Assembly: GCA_026413945.1 (NCBI GenBank)
Contig: JAOAJX010000003.1
Coordinates: 1 to 64,000, forward strand
Length of the DNA stretch: 64,000 nt
Direction of reading: 5' to 3'
DNA from: Candidatus Iainarchaeum sp.
Lineage (GTDB): Archaea; Iainarchaeota; Iainarchaeia; Iainarchaeales; DTGL01
Below, in pieces: positions 28,035 to 37,949 of the stretch (position 1 is the first letter of the stretch; each line of letters begins with the position of its first letter). The translations under genes were made by a program, and so were the position numbers. The notes under the pieces are model-generated. The model searched no databases. It was not told the origin of the DNA and worked only from the letters and a program-made list of their open reading frames with translations.

Positions 28035-29248
28035 GTTTTTTGAATTTTAAAATAGGCCAAAAAGGAAATATTTTGGCTTTTATTGTAATTGCCATACTCT
28101 CACTTGTTTTTATACTTGTGCTTACAAGGCATGAGCCTCTAAGAATTCCGAAGGACATAAACACTGAAACAAAAGTGGAAACCATAACAATGGAAAACAT
28201 AGTTCGTTCGGTAAGGCAAAGCATACAAAACTTTTCAAAAGAGGGCCTCTCTACGCAATCAAGTCTTTGGGTTTGCAATATTTTTATGCCACCGGTTGCA
28301 AACGAAATTGATACCAATGGATCTTTTTTTATAAGCAAAGAACTTGGTGGTTGCTTAAGAAGAATAACCGAAGATCTTGGATATGGATATAATACCGATT
28401 TCAATGTATCACTCGGCTTGTATGATGGCAATAGTATGCAAGAACAACTTGACAAAATGATGTCTCTCCCAAACGATCGCGTTGATGTGAATGTTTCTTT
28501 TGTTGTAGCCGGAGCCAAAATTGAAAGCGGTGAAAGAAGGTTTTCAAATAACTATGCTCTATCTTACCCCTATCGAACATGGCATGCTTACAAAAAATAC
28601 CTTGAGTGGGGGCAGAATTACTTATCAATACTTGGCCTAGATATCTGCGAAGAATTAAGGAAAGCAAAAGGGCCTTGCCTGTTTGTCGGCAAAGCGGATC
28701 CAACATATCACATACTCACAACCGATGACTATGTTAGATCTAAAATAGATCTCAACGATGTGAATATTGACAACGCACTTAATAAGCAGCTCGACTATCT
28801 GAACCAAATAATGAACCCAATAAGTTTTGAGTGCGAATACGAAAAGATTTCTGAAAAGAAAGACCTTGCGATAAGCAGGGATCAGAATTGTGTTACTCCA
28901 CGTTGTTCAGGTATCCAAATTATTGAGTATGATGTTCCGGGAGCCTGCGGAACACAAGAAGAAAGACATGGCACAGCATGTCCACCAAGAGAAGCTCTCG
29001 GTCCATGGGTGGCACCGCCAATGGGCACAGTTGAGCGCAATTACACGAAGTCCTGCACTGCAGGACAATGCAAAATAGAAATAGTTGGTGCAAACCCATA
29101 CGTAGCCTTTAGTGTAAAATTCAGATGCAAAGATACAACTAGAAGCATTTCCATGGAGCAAGGCGTGGAACCTTACACCTTACAAATAGGCGTTTATGCT
29201 AATATTGTGCGTGTTTGCCCACCAGTTTCAATACCTCTTGAAAAATAA
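28025..29248 (+). CDS. Large Cys-rich pilin-like protein
   Basis: QKG|NILAFIVIAILSLVFI; many Cys in the C-terminal half. Confidence 0.7.
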   Translation: MSVSFLNFKIGQKGNILAFIVIAILSLVFILVLTRHEPLRIPKDINTETKVETITMENIVRSVRQSIQNFSKEGLSTQSSLWVCNIFMPPVANEIDTNGSFFISKELGGCLRRITEDLGYGYNTDFNVSLGLYDGNSMQEQLDKMMSLPNDRVDVNVSFVVAGAKIESGERRFSNNYALSYPYRTWHAYKKYLEWGQNYLSILGLDICEELRKAKGPCLFVGKADPTYHILTTDDYVRSKIDLNDVNIDNALNKQLDYLNQIMNPISFECEYEKISEKKDLAISRDQNCVTPRCSGIQIIEYDVPGACGTQEERHGTACPPREALGPWVAPPMGTVERNYTKSCTAGQCKIEIVGANPYVAFSVKFRCKDTTRSISMEQGVEPYTLQIGVYANIVRVCPPVSIPLEK

Positions 29249-29291
29249 TTTATGATGTATTTTTAAATTCCAAAGATATATATTTATTAAG

Positions 29292-29699
29292 GTGGTTAAA
29301 ATAAAGCTGCCTTTTTTTAGTAAGAAAAAAGAGGAAGAAGAAGTTTCAATTGATTTGGGCAGAAGCACCTTTCCAGGCCTCGAAAGTAATATTGAGTCGC
29401 CCTCTCCATTTATCAAAGATATTAAAGATGAGGAGCAGCAAGACATATTTTCGGAGCTCGAATCCCAATTAGAAGAAGACTTCTCTGATACCAAACCGAA
29501 GGAGAGAAAAGAGATATCCAAAGTAAAAGAGGAATTAAAAGAAGCACTTGAACATCCAATCAGCCAAGAGAAAAGCACGGAATCTGATAAAGTTCAGCAA
29601 AAGACACCAACTAGTGCTACTATAAGCTCTTTAAGCAGAAGCCAAAATTCATTGGATGAAAGAATTGCATCAATAAAGAAAGAACTTGGGCTTCTGTAA
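29292..29699 (+). CDS. Acidic, probably disordered hypothetical protein
   Basis: Basic/hydrophobic N-terminus KLPFFSKKK, E/S/D-rich middle and a C-terminal helix LDERIASIKKELGLL. Confidence 0.7.
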   Translation: MVKIKLPFFSKKKEEEEVSIDLGRSTFPGLESNIESPSPFIKDIKDEEQQDIFSELESQLEEDFSDTKPKERKEISKVKEELKEALEHPISQEKSTESDKVQQKTPTSATISSLSRSQNSLDERIASIKKELGLL

Positions 29700-29737
29700 A
29701 GAGAACTAATTTAACCTTTTTCAGCAATATTATTTTA

Positions 29738-31048
29738 ATGGTCGAACTGTGGACTGAAAAGTATGCACCTAAAAAATGGTGTGATTTTATAGGAAATAGC
29801 CAAGCAGTGGCACAAATCAAAGAGTGGGCTGAATCCTGGCAGAAAGGAATTCCGCAAAAGCCAATTATATTGCATGGTCCTGTTGGCAACGGCAAAACAA
29901 CGCTTGCCTCCTTATGTGCCAAAGAGATGGGTTGGCAACTTTTTGAAATGAACGCCAGCGACTTTCGCACCAAGGAACTTATAGAGAAATTTGCAGGCAA
30001 TGCTGCGCAAGGTGCTTCGCTTTTCGGCTCTTTGCGCCTCATATTGCTAGATGAAGTTGATGGTCTACAGGCACAAGATAAAGGGGGTGCTGAAGCAATC
30101 GCAAAACTAATTAAAGATTCAAAAAATCCAATTATGCTTACGGCAAATGACATATATGAAAATAAGAAGCTTCTGCCAATCAGGGCAGGATGCGAAATAA
30201 TAAAAATGGATAGAGTTGCCCACCCACAAATATTTGCTTTACTTAAGAAGATTTGCATATCGGAAAAACTTGCTTTTGAGGAAGCAGCGCTTGAGCTTTT
30301 GGCAAAAAATTCCGCTGGAGATATTAGGGCAGCAATACTCGATTTGCAAACACTTTCTTTTTCAGGCCATATTACAGTTGATACAGTTAAACTTCTGAGC
30401 TACAGAGAACGCGGGCAAAACATATTTAACGTTATGGCAATGATACTTAAAGCAAAAAAAATCCAAGAAGTACGCAATTCAAGGGTGCAATCAGATGTTG
30501 ATGATGAGATGCTTATAGCTTGGATATCTGAAAATATACCATTGCAATATGACCCAATTGATACTGCAAGCGCAATGAATCAGCTTTCTTTAGCAGATGT
30601 TTTTGATGGTCGCATACTAAAGAGACAATACTATGGCCTCAAGCGCTATGTTTCAGACTTGGCAACAGCTTGCGCAGCGCTAAGCCGTAGCAAAGAATAC
30701 CGTGGCTGGGTAAAATACCAATTTCCCAAATTTATAAATGAACTCAGCAAAAGCTCAGAGCAAAGAGCCATAAAGAAGAGCATATGCAAAAAAATAGCTG
30801 TTCAAATAAATGAGTCAGCCAAGAGCGTTGCACAGAATGAGCTCCCATTAATAATGCTTCTCTTTTCAGATAAGAAGCATGCAGCCTCACTAACCGCCTT
30901 GTTTGGCTTTGATGAGAAAGAAGTTTCTTTCTTATTACACGATAAAAAGTCAGATGATGTGCTTAAAATAATTGAAAGCGCAGAAGAAATTAAAGCAGAC
31001 CTTCTCAAAGAAAAACTTCCCAAACTCAAAAAACTCAAAACCAAATAA
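29738..31048 (+). CDS. rfcL: Replication factor C large subunit
   Basis: LWTEKYAP, GPVGNGKT, EMNASDFR, LLDEVDG and GDIRAAILDLQ. Confidence 0.95.
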   Translation: MVELWTEKYAPKKWCDFIGNSQAVAQIKEWAESWQKGIPQKPIILHGPVGNGKTTLASLCAKEMGWQLFEMNASDFRTKELIEKFAGNAAQGASLFGSLRLILLDEVDGLQAQDKGGAEAIAKLIKDSKNPIMLTANDIYENKKLLPIRAGCEIIKMDRVAHPQIFALLKKICISEKLAFEEAALELLAKNSAGDIRAAILDLQTLSFSGHITVDTVKLLSYRERGQNIFNVMAMILKAKKIQEVRNSRVQSDVDDEMLIAWISENIPLQYDPIDTASAMNQLSLADVFDGRILKRQYYGLKRYVSDLATACAALSRSKEYRGWVKYQFPKFINELSKSSEQRAIKKSICKKIAVQINESAKSVAQNELPLIMLLFSDKKHAASLTALFGFDEKEVSFLLHDKKSDDVLKIIESAEEIKADLLKEKLPKLKKLKTK

Positions 31049-31095
31049 TTCAAACAAAATGGAAAAAACCACTATCCTTCCCTTCGAAAAATTCT

Positions 31096-32070
31096 TTACT
31101 GCTTACCTAGTTTCACTGCAAACGCTTTTAAAAATGCAAGTTTTCTTTCTTTGTTTGCTTCATATCGATAATCCCAACTTATACTTTGACCCAAAGGATC
31201 CGAAACAAAGAAAGAGATTATGCTATCGTGCTTTATACAAATACCACTCAAGCAGCATTTTGGCTTTTCTCCAATATCGCAGTTCCAATCTTCAGCAACT
31301 TTTTTGCGTATGCCTTCAAAACTTATATTATTCAAGCCAGAAACGTTTAGGAAGTTCTTGTGTGCAGTGAGCTCATAAATATTGAATTCTGTATAGGCAA
31401 GACTTATAGAATCCGGTTTTTCTCTCTTGAAAGTTATTTCTGTTAATTTTGCACTCTTTACCGAAGTTGGGATTTTTTCAAAAACTGAATTTTCAAAGTT
31501 TTTGCCTTCCATATATCTTATGCTTTTTACTGTTTCAAAGTAGGGCTCACAGAGAAACCCTGTGTTTAAGTCAGATTTTATTTTGTAGCCTCTTATGCAC
31601 TCTTTTCCAGTCGCAACCATTCTTGAGTTACTGTCAAATCCACTAACTTGTCCATGAAGCAATATGCTTATCCCGCAACTTGCATCTTCTCCTGTTTCAA
31701 GGAGTAGCTCAACATTACAATCTTTTAAAGATCCGCTTCCTTTCCTTTCTGGTTTCCTTAAGGCAAAAACCATCATAATGTTCGAATCTTCCACCACTTC
31801 CGAGAAATATAAATCACATGAAACACCACTTTTTTCAATTATCCCCCTATCTTTATAACAAATTATTTCTTTTGCGTCAAAGAGTAAAATTCCACTCTCT
31901 TTAATCCTGTTTAGGTCTTCTGCCAACAGCGGCAATCCAACATTTTTGTTTTTTGAGAGCTCTTCAAATGGTGCAATGTAAAAAAGGTTATTAAAAAAGC
32001 AAAACAGGAAAAAAGCAAAAACAAATACCATAACAACTGAACCAAAATATTCTTTCATAACGATACCCAA
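31096..32070 (-). CDS. Membrane-anchored extracellular hypothetical protein
   Basis: Single N-terminal hydrophobic helix and several Cys; start may be 32058. Confidence 0.65.
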   Translation of the reverse strand: MGIVMKEYFGSVVMVFVFAFFLFCFFNNLFYIAPFEELSKNKNVGLPLLAEDLNRIKESGILLFDAKEIICYKDRGIIEKSGVSCDLYFSEVVEDSNIMMVFALRKPERKGSGSLKDCNVELLLETGEDASCGISILLHGQVSGFDSNSRMVATGKECIRGYKIKSDLNTGFLCEPYFETVKSIRYMEGKNFENSVFEKIPTSVKSAKLTEITFKREKPDSISLAYTEFNIYELTAHKNFLNVSGLNNISFEGIRKKVAEDWNCDIGEKPKCCLSGICIKHDSIISFFVSDPLGQSISWDYRYEANKERKLAFLKAFAVKLGKQ

Positions 32071-32720
32071 AAATGGTTGTACAATGCAAGAAAGAGAATT
32101 AGGTTATATGTGCCATGCAGCCACATCGCAGAAATAAGGCCTTCCTTTAAGAAATGTTTACCTATTATTGTGCCAACCAAAAAAGTTGCAATTATAATAC
32201 CAAAATCTCTATATGATGAAACCACGCCCAGAGTATGCGAAATTCCAAAAGCTATAGAGCTGAATAACAAAGCTGTTGCTGTGGAATGCTTAAAATTGAA
32301 AAGCTCAAGTATTTTTTTTGTCTTATCAAGCAAAAACCATCTAAATATAAATTCCTCCAAAATGGGTGCAGTAAGCAATATAATGAATATAGACTTGCTA
32401 TCATACCTAAAATCACTTATATTCTCAACCTCTGCGCCAAAAACATAGTAAAAAAATAGGCTTACAATAAATACTACAAAGAAGCAAATTAGCAATGGTC
32501 TGCCCATTTTCGAAAAAAAGCCAAATATTTTTAAAGCGGCCTCATTTGAATTTCCTACATTGTTTTTTTCAAATATAAAAATTACTATAAGACTACCCCA
32601 AAAACTCAAAAACATTGCAATGCCAAAGTAGCCACCTAAGAATGAGAGATAAAGAAATACAAGGGCTAATAAGAAGAATGTTTTTTGAAAATTGTCAAAC
32701 CCTTGCCGATGGCTCATCAA
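32055..32720 (-). CDS. CPBP (Abi/CAAX type II) intramembrane glutamic endopeptidase
   Basis: APILEEFIFR, FGISH and HGTYN motifs. Confidence 0.9.
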   Translation of the reverse strand: MMSHRQGFDNFQKTFFLLALVFLYLSFLGGYFGIAMFLSFWGSLIVIFIFEKNNVGNSNEAALKIFGFFSKMGRPLLICFFVVFIVSLFFYYVFGAEVENISDFRYDSKSIFIILLTAPILEEFIFRWFLLDKTKKILELFNFKHSTATALLFSSIAFGISHTLGVVSSYRDFGIIIATFLVGTIIGKHFLKEGLISAMWLHGTYNLILFLALYNHFWVSL

Positions 32721-32726
32721 CGATCC

Positions 32727-34370
32727 CTATAGCTCCATTTCCAGTGCAACTACTGGCACATCTAAGTTGAAGTTTTTCATAACTTCTTTACTAACAACTC
32801 CAAAAATTGCACCTTTATTGTCTATTAATGCTCTTGCGCAAAGACCCTTTTCGAAAGATGGGTGTTCTACTTTTTCAACAACAGACTTATAACCCATAGC
32901 GCAGCATATTGCATCAAATATTGCTTTAATCTCATTGAAGTCAGCTTTTCTGTGCGAGACTATTACCGAAACAAGCTCTTTTTCTTCAACAAATTCTTCA
33001 TTGCTAGAGCGTTTCTTCAAGGCCACTTTTCCAACTTCAAATATCTTTTGCGGATATTCACGATGCTTATTTTTTGCAAGAACAGATAGTAACTCTGGCA
33101 TTAAGCTTCTCCTAAATATAGAATACTCATTAGATAGTGGGTTTTCAAGCTCAACAATATTTTCTTCTGAAAGTAACATATTTCTGCACTGCCTTTCTTT
33201 TGAGGTCAGTGTGAACGTAAGCACCTCCTGAATTCCAAGACCAATGCAAGCTTCTCTCATGGTTTTTGTATAATTGTGCAAAGGTAATTCAGCTCCTTTT
33301 GAAGGCACTTGTGCTTTCTCTAGCCTTAACTTGTTATAATCAGCAGCTATAAGAATATCTTCAACTATATCAACTGCATGCATTATATCTGCCCGGTACG
33401 AGCAATATTTGAATTCAAAACATTTTTTCTTTGGGCGGCAATACATTCTTTTCATGTTTGCATACTTTTTAATCTCATCTCTCTTGAAATTCAGGCCGGC
33501 TATGTTTTCAATAAGCTCAGTTGAAACAATTATCTTTTTTGGCTCAAGCATTGGCGTAATGATTTGTTTGTCTTTGTACTCAACAGTCACGCTTTCGATT
33601 TTAGCGCCCCTATCGTGTAATGCGGCACAAACTATGTCTAATGCAGTATTTATTACTTTCTGATCAAAACCAGTTACGTCAACGAAAAGATTTCTTGTGT
33701 GAATAGTAACTTTGCCGGAGTATTCTGAATTTATTACCGGTGGCATTGAAAGCACTTCGCCTTTTTCATCTACTAGCAAAGGATACTTTTCAAAACCACT
33801 CAATAATTTACCATATTCCTGCCCTTTTGGGTGCTTTTTGAGGATTTCTTCCAAGCTTAATTCTTCATTAAAATCCAATGGTATGAAACTTGTTTTTGGA
33901 TTTGCAGCATAATACCTTAAATTTCCAGATACTTTATCATAATCAAATAGCCCTATTGCTATCTCTTTTCTTTTTCTGCCAAACGTTTCACATATCTTTT
34001 CCTGAAGCTGGATCATCTGCTTAAGTAAATGTTCTGTAACTTTTACATTTTTTGCAATTGCATATGCCCCTCTAGGTCTTATGTTCAAGAGATTTGGATC
34101 TACTTTAACTTTAACATTGCTTCTTTTAATTTTGAATTTAGGCAAACCTATTTTTATACCATAAAAGCCTTGAAGTTCCCGTACAATACCTTCAACACTA
34201 AGCAGATCTGGTCTATTAGTATCTTTTATCTCTATTTTAAGCAGATCCCCCTGCATATCTTCAATATCTGCCTTTACAAAAGGCATTGCTCTGTCTTTAA
34301 GCTCATCTGCACCAAGCTTTTTACCCAATAACATTTCAAGATCTTTTTTGCTAATCTCTATTGTTGGCAT
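32727..34370 (-). CDS. pheT: Phenylalanyl-tRNA synthetase beta subunit
   Basis: NRPDLLSVEGI, GRKRKEIAIGLFD, VLSMPPVINS and RADIMHAVDIVED. Confidence 0.96.
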   Translation of the reverse strand: MPTIEISKKDLEMLLGKKLGADELKDRAMPFVKADIEDMQGDLLKIEIKDTNRPDLLSVEGIVRELQGFYGIKIGLPKFKIKRSNVKVKVDPNLLNIRPRGAYAIAKNVKVTEHLLKQMIQLQEKICETFGRKRKEIAIGLFDYDKVSGNLRYYAANPKTSFIPLDFNEELSLEEILKKHPKGQEYGKLLSGFEKYPLLVDEKGEVLSMPPVINSEYSGKVTIHTRNLFVDVTGFDQKVINTALDIVCAALHDRGAKIESVTVEYKDKQIITPMLEPKKIIVSTELIENIAGLNFKRDEIKKYANMKRMYCRPKKKCFEFKYCSYRADIMHAVDIVEDILIAADYNKLRLEKAQVPSKGAELPLHNYTKTMREACIGLGIQEVLTFTLTSKERQCRNMLLSEENIVELENPLSNEYSIFRRSLMPELLSVLAKNKHREYPQKIFEVGKVALKKRSSNEEFVEEKELVSVIVSHRKADFNEIKAIFDAICCAMGYKSVVEKVEHPSFEKGLCARALIDNKGAIFGVVSKEVMKNFNLDVPVVALEMEL

Positions 34371-34371
34371 T

Positions 34372-35829
34372 TCACAACCTCACGATCTCATGGTTTCTGA
34401 GCCAATCAAGATCTGTGCTGAATAAATCTCGCATGTCATCAATCCCAAGCTTAAACATAGCTAACCTATCAATTCCAAGACCCCACGCAAGCACATTACA
34501 TTTTATTCCTAAAGGCCTTACCACTTCAGGCCTAAAAAGGCCGGCACCACCAAACTCAATCCATCCAAGTATAGGGTGCCTTGCTGATAACTCAACACTT
34601 GGCTCAGTGAAAGGATAATAATCTGGCTTGAATCTTACTTCGCTAGCTCCGGCTATTTCCTCCGCAAACTCTTTAAGTATTCCAAGCAGATGCCTGAAAC
34701 TAAGATTAGCAACTATTATGCCTTCAAGCTGGTTGAATTCCATCAAGTGTGTTTTGTCTATTTTATCAGGCCTATAGCATCTCGCTATAGCGAAGTATTT
34801 TTGTGGAATTTCAACACCTTTTACCATTTGCCTTGCGCTATGTGCAGTACCATGTGCTGCTGGCATTAAACGCATCGCGAGTTCAGCATTCCATCTATAG
34901 CCCCAACCAATGCTGCCTGTGCTGGCACCATTTTCATGTGCTTCCTTGATTGCTTCCACTATTTCAGGAGCCGGAAGTTTTCCATATCTTGGACTTTTAA
35001 GGCGAAAAGTGCTAGCCCAATCCCTTGCCGGATGATTTTGTGGCTGAAAAAGCACGTCAAAGTTGTAAAATTCTTCCACTATTAGTGGGCTTTCCATCTC
35101 CTTAAAACCCATTGCAACAAGCTTAGACCTTACTTCATCAAGAAATCTTGCATATGGCTGTTTCTTGCCTAAAAAAATCCTTTGGACTGCAACATTTAGA
35201 TTATATTCTCTCACATCAACTTTCTTTGAGATTTCAAGTGCCTTTAAACCTCTTTCATTTATTTTTGCACACAAAATCGCTTTATTTTTCCTTTCCAAAA
35301 GGCCTCTTTTTAAGGCATCTGCAAACTCAAAGCTATTTTCATCAACTTTAAAACCACTTTTTATATCATTCAAAAGCAGCTTTGTTTTGTCACTTGCAAA
35401 AAAGCTGCTTTCAATTCCTGTTAGCACTATATTTTTCTCTTCATCAAGTACAACAATACTGTTGCGCTTTGCTTTTCCGAATGCAGCATCAAACTCAATC
35501 TTGCTTAAGCCACTCTCTTTAAGCAAAGAACCAAAATTAGCTTTTCCACCCAGTTTTTTGAGCGCTTCTATAAGCTTTTCTTCTGGCAATCCTTCTGAAA
35601 GCGCTTTAATGCCTTTTTCAGTAAGCGCTGGTTGTTTCTCCTCCATCTTTTCAAGCTCAACAAGTCCTTTTTCGCTCAGCCATGCAATAGCTCTCCTCAC
35701 AGAATCGATGTTCAGCGAAGCTCTTTCAGCAATCTGATACTCATCAGATAAGTCGCCTTCTTTTAGTGCCTCAAGTGTGCTGACTTCTATTTTGCTTAGC
35801 GCTTTTGCAATATCTTCAATGTTTTTCAT
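34372..35829 (-). CDS. pheS: Phenylalanyl-tRNA synthetase alpha subunit
   Basis: FYNFDVLFQPQNHPARD, CYRPDKIDKTHLMEFNQLEG, YYPFTEPS and AWGLGIDRLAM; probable start 35829. Confidence 0.96.
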   Translation of the reverse strand: MKNIEDIAKALSKIEVSTLEALKEGDLSDEYQIAERASLNIDSVRRAIAWLSEKGLVELEKMEEKQPALTEKGIKALSEGLPEEKLIEALKKLGGKANFGSLLKESGLSKIEFDAAFGKAKRNSIVVLDEEKNIVLTGIESSFFASDKTKLLLNDIKSGFKVDENSFEFADALKRGLLERKNKAILCAKINERGLKALEISKKVDVREYNLNVAVQRIFLGKKQPYARFLDEVRSKLVAMGFKEMESPLIVEEFYNFDVLFQPQNHPARDWASTFRLKSPRYGKLPAPEIVEAIKEAHENGASTGSIGWGYRWNAELAMRLMPAAHGTAHSARQMVKGVEIPQKYFAIARCYRPDKIDKTHLMEFNQLEGIIVANLSFRHLLGILKEFAEEIAGASEVRFKPDYYPFTEPSVELSARHPILGWIEFGGAGLFRPEVVRPLGIKCNVLAWGLGIDRLAMFKLGIDDMRDLFSTDLDWLRNHEIVRL

Positions 35830-35960
35830 GTTAAACCAACACACAACACTCAAATGTTGCTTTCACATATATCTAAACGATTGAATGTTTATAATCTTTT
35901 TCTGTCAGTAGAAAACATTTAAAAGCAGAAAATATGGTGCCCTATGCATTAGCTAGTTTT

Positions 35961-37880
35961 CTAAGTTGCAGTAACTTTTCCTTTTATTCCTTTGGCTATC
36001 TCTATCTTTGGGAGGCCAACTATCATTTTTCTTAGCGAACTCATAAGCTTTTTCTTCGCACCTGTTTTTACGAGTGCGTTTTCAAGAACATCGTTAAGGG
36101 TTAAAACAGGTATTACTTTTATTTTCTTTAAATCTTCTTGTGGTATTACAATATCGGCAAGGTTTGCCTTAGGTATTATAACTTCCTTGAAACCAGCTTT
36201 TATGGCTGCTTCAATTTTTGGTGTTATGCCACCCACTGGAAGAACTTCGCCACGAACTGATAAGGAGCCAGTCATTGCTAGACCTTGCTTAACTGGTATC
36301 CCCTCGAGCGCAGAGATGACTGCTGTCGCAACACTCACAGAAGCAGAATCACCTTCTACACCTTCATATGTCTGTATGAACTGTATGTGCAAATCATGTT
36401 TGCTTATGTCTTTGCCACTTACTTTTTTAATTATCGCTGAGACATTTTGGACAGCTTCTCTAGCAATTTCTCCAAGCTTTCCTGTTGCTATTATCTTGCC
36501 CTCTTCCTTCGAAGCCGCGGGTGCTATCTCTGCTTCTATTGGCAATACAAGGCCAGCGGAACCGTCTGGGCTAACCGCTAATCCATTCACCCGGCCCACT
36601 GCAAAACCACCAGTTATATATACCTCATAGTCTTTGCGGAACTCTATCAACTTCTCCATTATCTGCTGTTCGAGGGTTACCGCGGAATTCTTTGCTTCAA
36701 TTATATCTGATTTTTCAACAAATTCTTTGCCTTTGCTTTTGGCAATGTCACCAGCTGCCCTAACTAAACCTCCAAGATCTCTAAGTTTCAAAGTAAGTCT
36801 ATCTTTCCTGTGTGCTCTCTTCTTAGCTTCAAGTATTATTTCCTCAACAGCTTCTCTAGTGAAATGAGGTATCTTTCTATCTTTCTTAATCTCCTGAGCA
36901 ACAAACCTTACAAGCTTTGCTCTGTTTTCTGGTGTATCAGGCATGTCAAGGTTTAGGTAAATCTCATATCCATAGCCCCTTATTCTTGATCTAAGCGCAG
37001 GATGTACTCTTGCTAAATCTTCATAGTTGCCAGCTGCTACAAGAACAAAATCACAAGGCACAGGATCTGTTCTAACCATTGATCCAGAGCTTAACTCGCT
37101 TTGCCCTGTTATCGCATATTTTTTCTCTTGCATAGCAGTTAGCAATTCCTGCTGTGACTTCATCGAAAGTGAGGCAATTTCATCTATAAAAAGCACACCT
37201 TTATGTGTTCTATGAATCATGCCTGGCTCCACGCGAAGATGTGCAGGCGTTCCTAAGCCACCGCTTTGCAATGGATCATGCCTCACGTCTCCAAGCAATG
37301 CGCCTGCTTTTGCGCCTGTTGCTTCTATGAAAGGCGCCATTGTTTTTCCAGAGTTATCAATTAGAAGCTTTGGTGTTGTTATTGCTTCCCTTGATTTCAT
37401 CTGGGAGCTTAAAGCAGCAGCTATAAGGATAAAACCACCCAGAATCAATAATGCCGCATAAACAACATCAGGTATCCACTTAAGCTGCCATATTACAAAG
37501 CTGAAAATAAACCAAAGCAGTGGCAGAAGCAAAGAAAAAAGGCGCATTGAACTATCAGCTCGCATTGCCTCTATGCGCTCTTCATTGACAATTTCCTTGC
37601 CTTGGCCAGCCTTTACAACTCTTATTTTTGGGTTATTGGAGTCAACAGGATTTGGGTAAACGAGTATATCTTCAAGCTGCTCTACAGGCATTATTTCAGC
37701 CATTGCTTGCGCAAGCATGCTTTTTCCAGTGCCAGGTTGACCTATGAGCAACACATTTCTGCGCTGTGCCGCAGCTTTTTTTATGATTTCTACTGCTTTC
37801 TCTTGCCCTATGACTTGCTCATAAAGATTATCTGGCACAGGTATTTCTGCCGTAGTCTTGTAGTTTTCAGGAATCTCCAT
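35961..37880 (-). CDS. lonB: Archaeal membrane-bound Lon protease LonB
   Basis: GQPGTGKS, a two-TM insertion, LFIDEI, VEGDSAS (catalytic Ser) and PVGG..PKIEAA (catalytic Lys). Confidence 0.96.
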   Translation of the reverse strand: MEIPENYKTTAEIPVPDNLYEQVIGQEKAVEIIKKAAAQRRNVLLIGQPGTGKSMLAQAMAEIMPVEQLEDILVYPNPVDSNNPKIRVVKAGQGKEIVNEERIEAMRADSSMRLFSLLLPLLWFIFSFVIWQLKWIPDVVYAALLILGGFILIAAALSSQMKSREAITTPKLLIDNSGKTMAPFIEATGAKAGALLGDVRHDPLQSGGLGTPAHLRVEPGMIHRTHKGVLFIDEIASLSMKSQQELLTAMQEKKYAITGQSELSSGSMVRTDPVPCDFVLVAAGNYEDLARVHPALRSRIRGYGYEIYLNLDMPDTPENRAKLVRFVAQEIKKDRKIPHFTREAVEEIILEAKKRAHRKDRLTLKLRDLGGLVRAAGDIAKSKGKEFVEKSDIIEAKNSAVTLEQQIMEKLIEFRKDYEVYITGGFAVGRVNGLAVSPDGSAGLVLPIEAEIAPAASKEEGKIIATGKLGEIAREAVQNVSAIIKKVSGKDISKHDLHIQFIQTYEGVEGDSASVSVATAVISALEGIPVKQGLAMTGSLSVRGEVLPVGGITPKIEAAIKAGFKEVIIPKANLADIVIPQEDLKKIKVIPVLTLNDVLENALVKTGAKKKLMSSLRKMIVGLPKIEIAKGIKGKVTAT

Positions 37881-37949
37881 AGAGAATCAAACTCGTAATA
37901 CATTTTAGTATTGAAAAGTTAAAAAGGTTATCATTATGCAACTTTTTAA

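Noticed and set aside
30972-31370. Plus-strand 132-aa ORF as a frameshifted RfcL tail
   Set aside because: It has no PIP box or RFC-like features and mostly overlaps a minus-strand gene.
35992-37461. Long antisense ORFs opposite lonB (similar ones lie opposite cdc48, pheS, rfcL and cdc6)
   Set aside because: They are shadow ORFs of well-conserved genes and carry no motifs.
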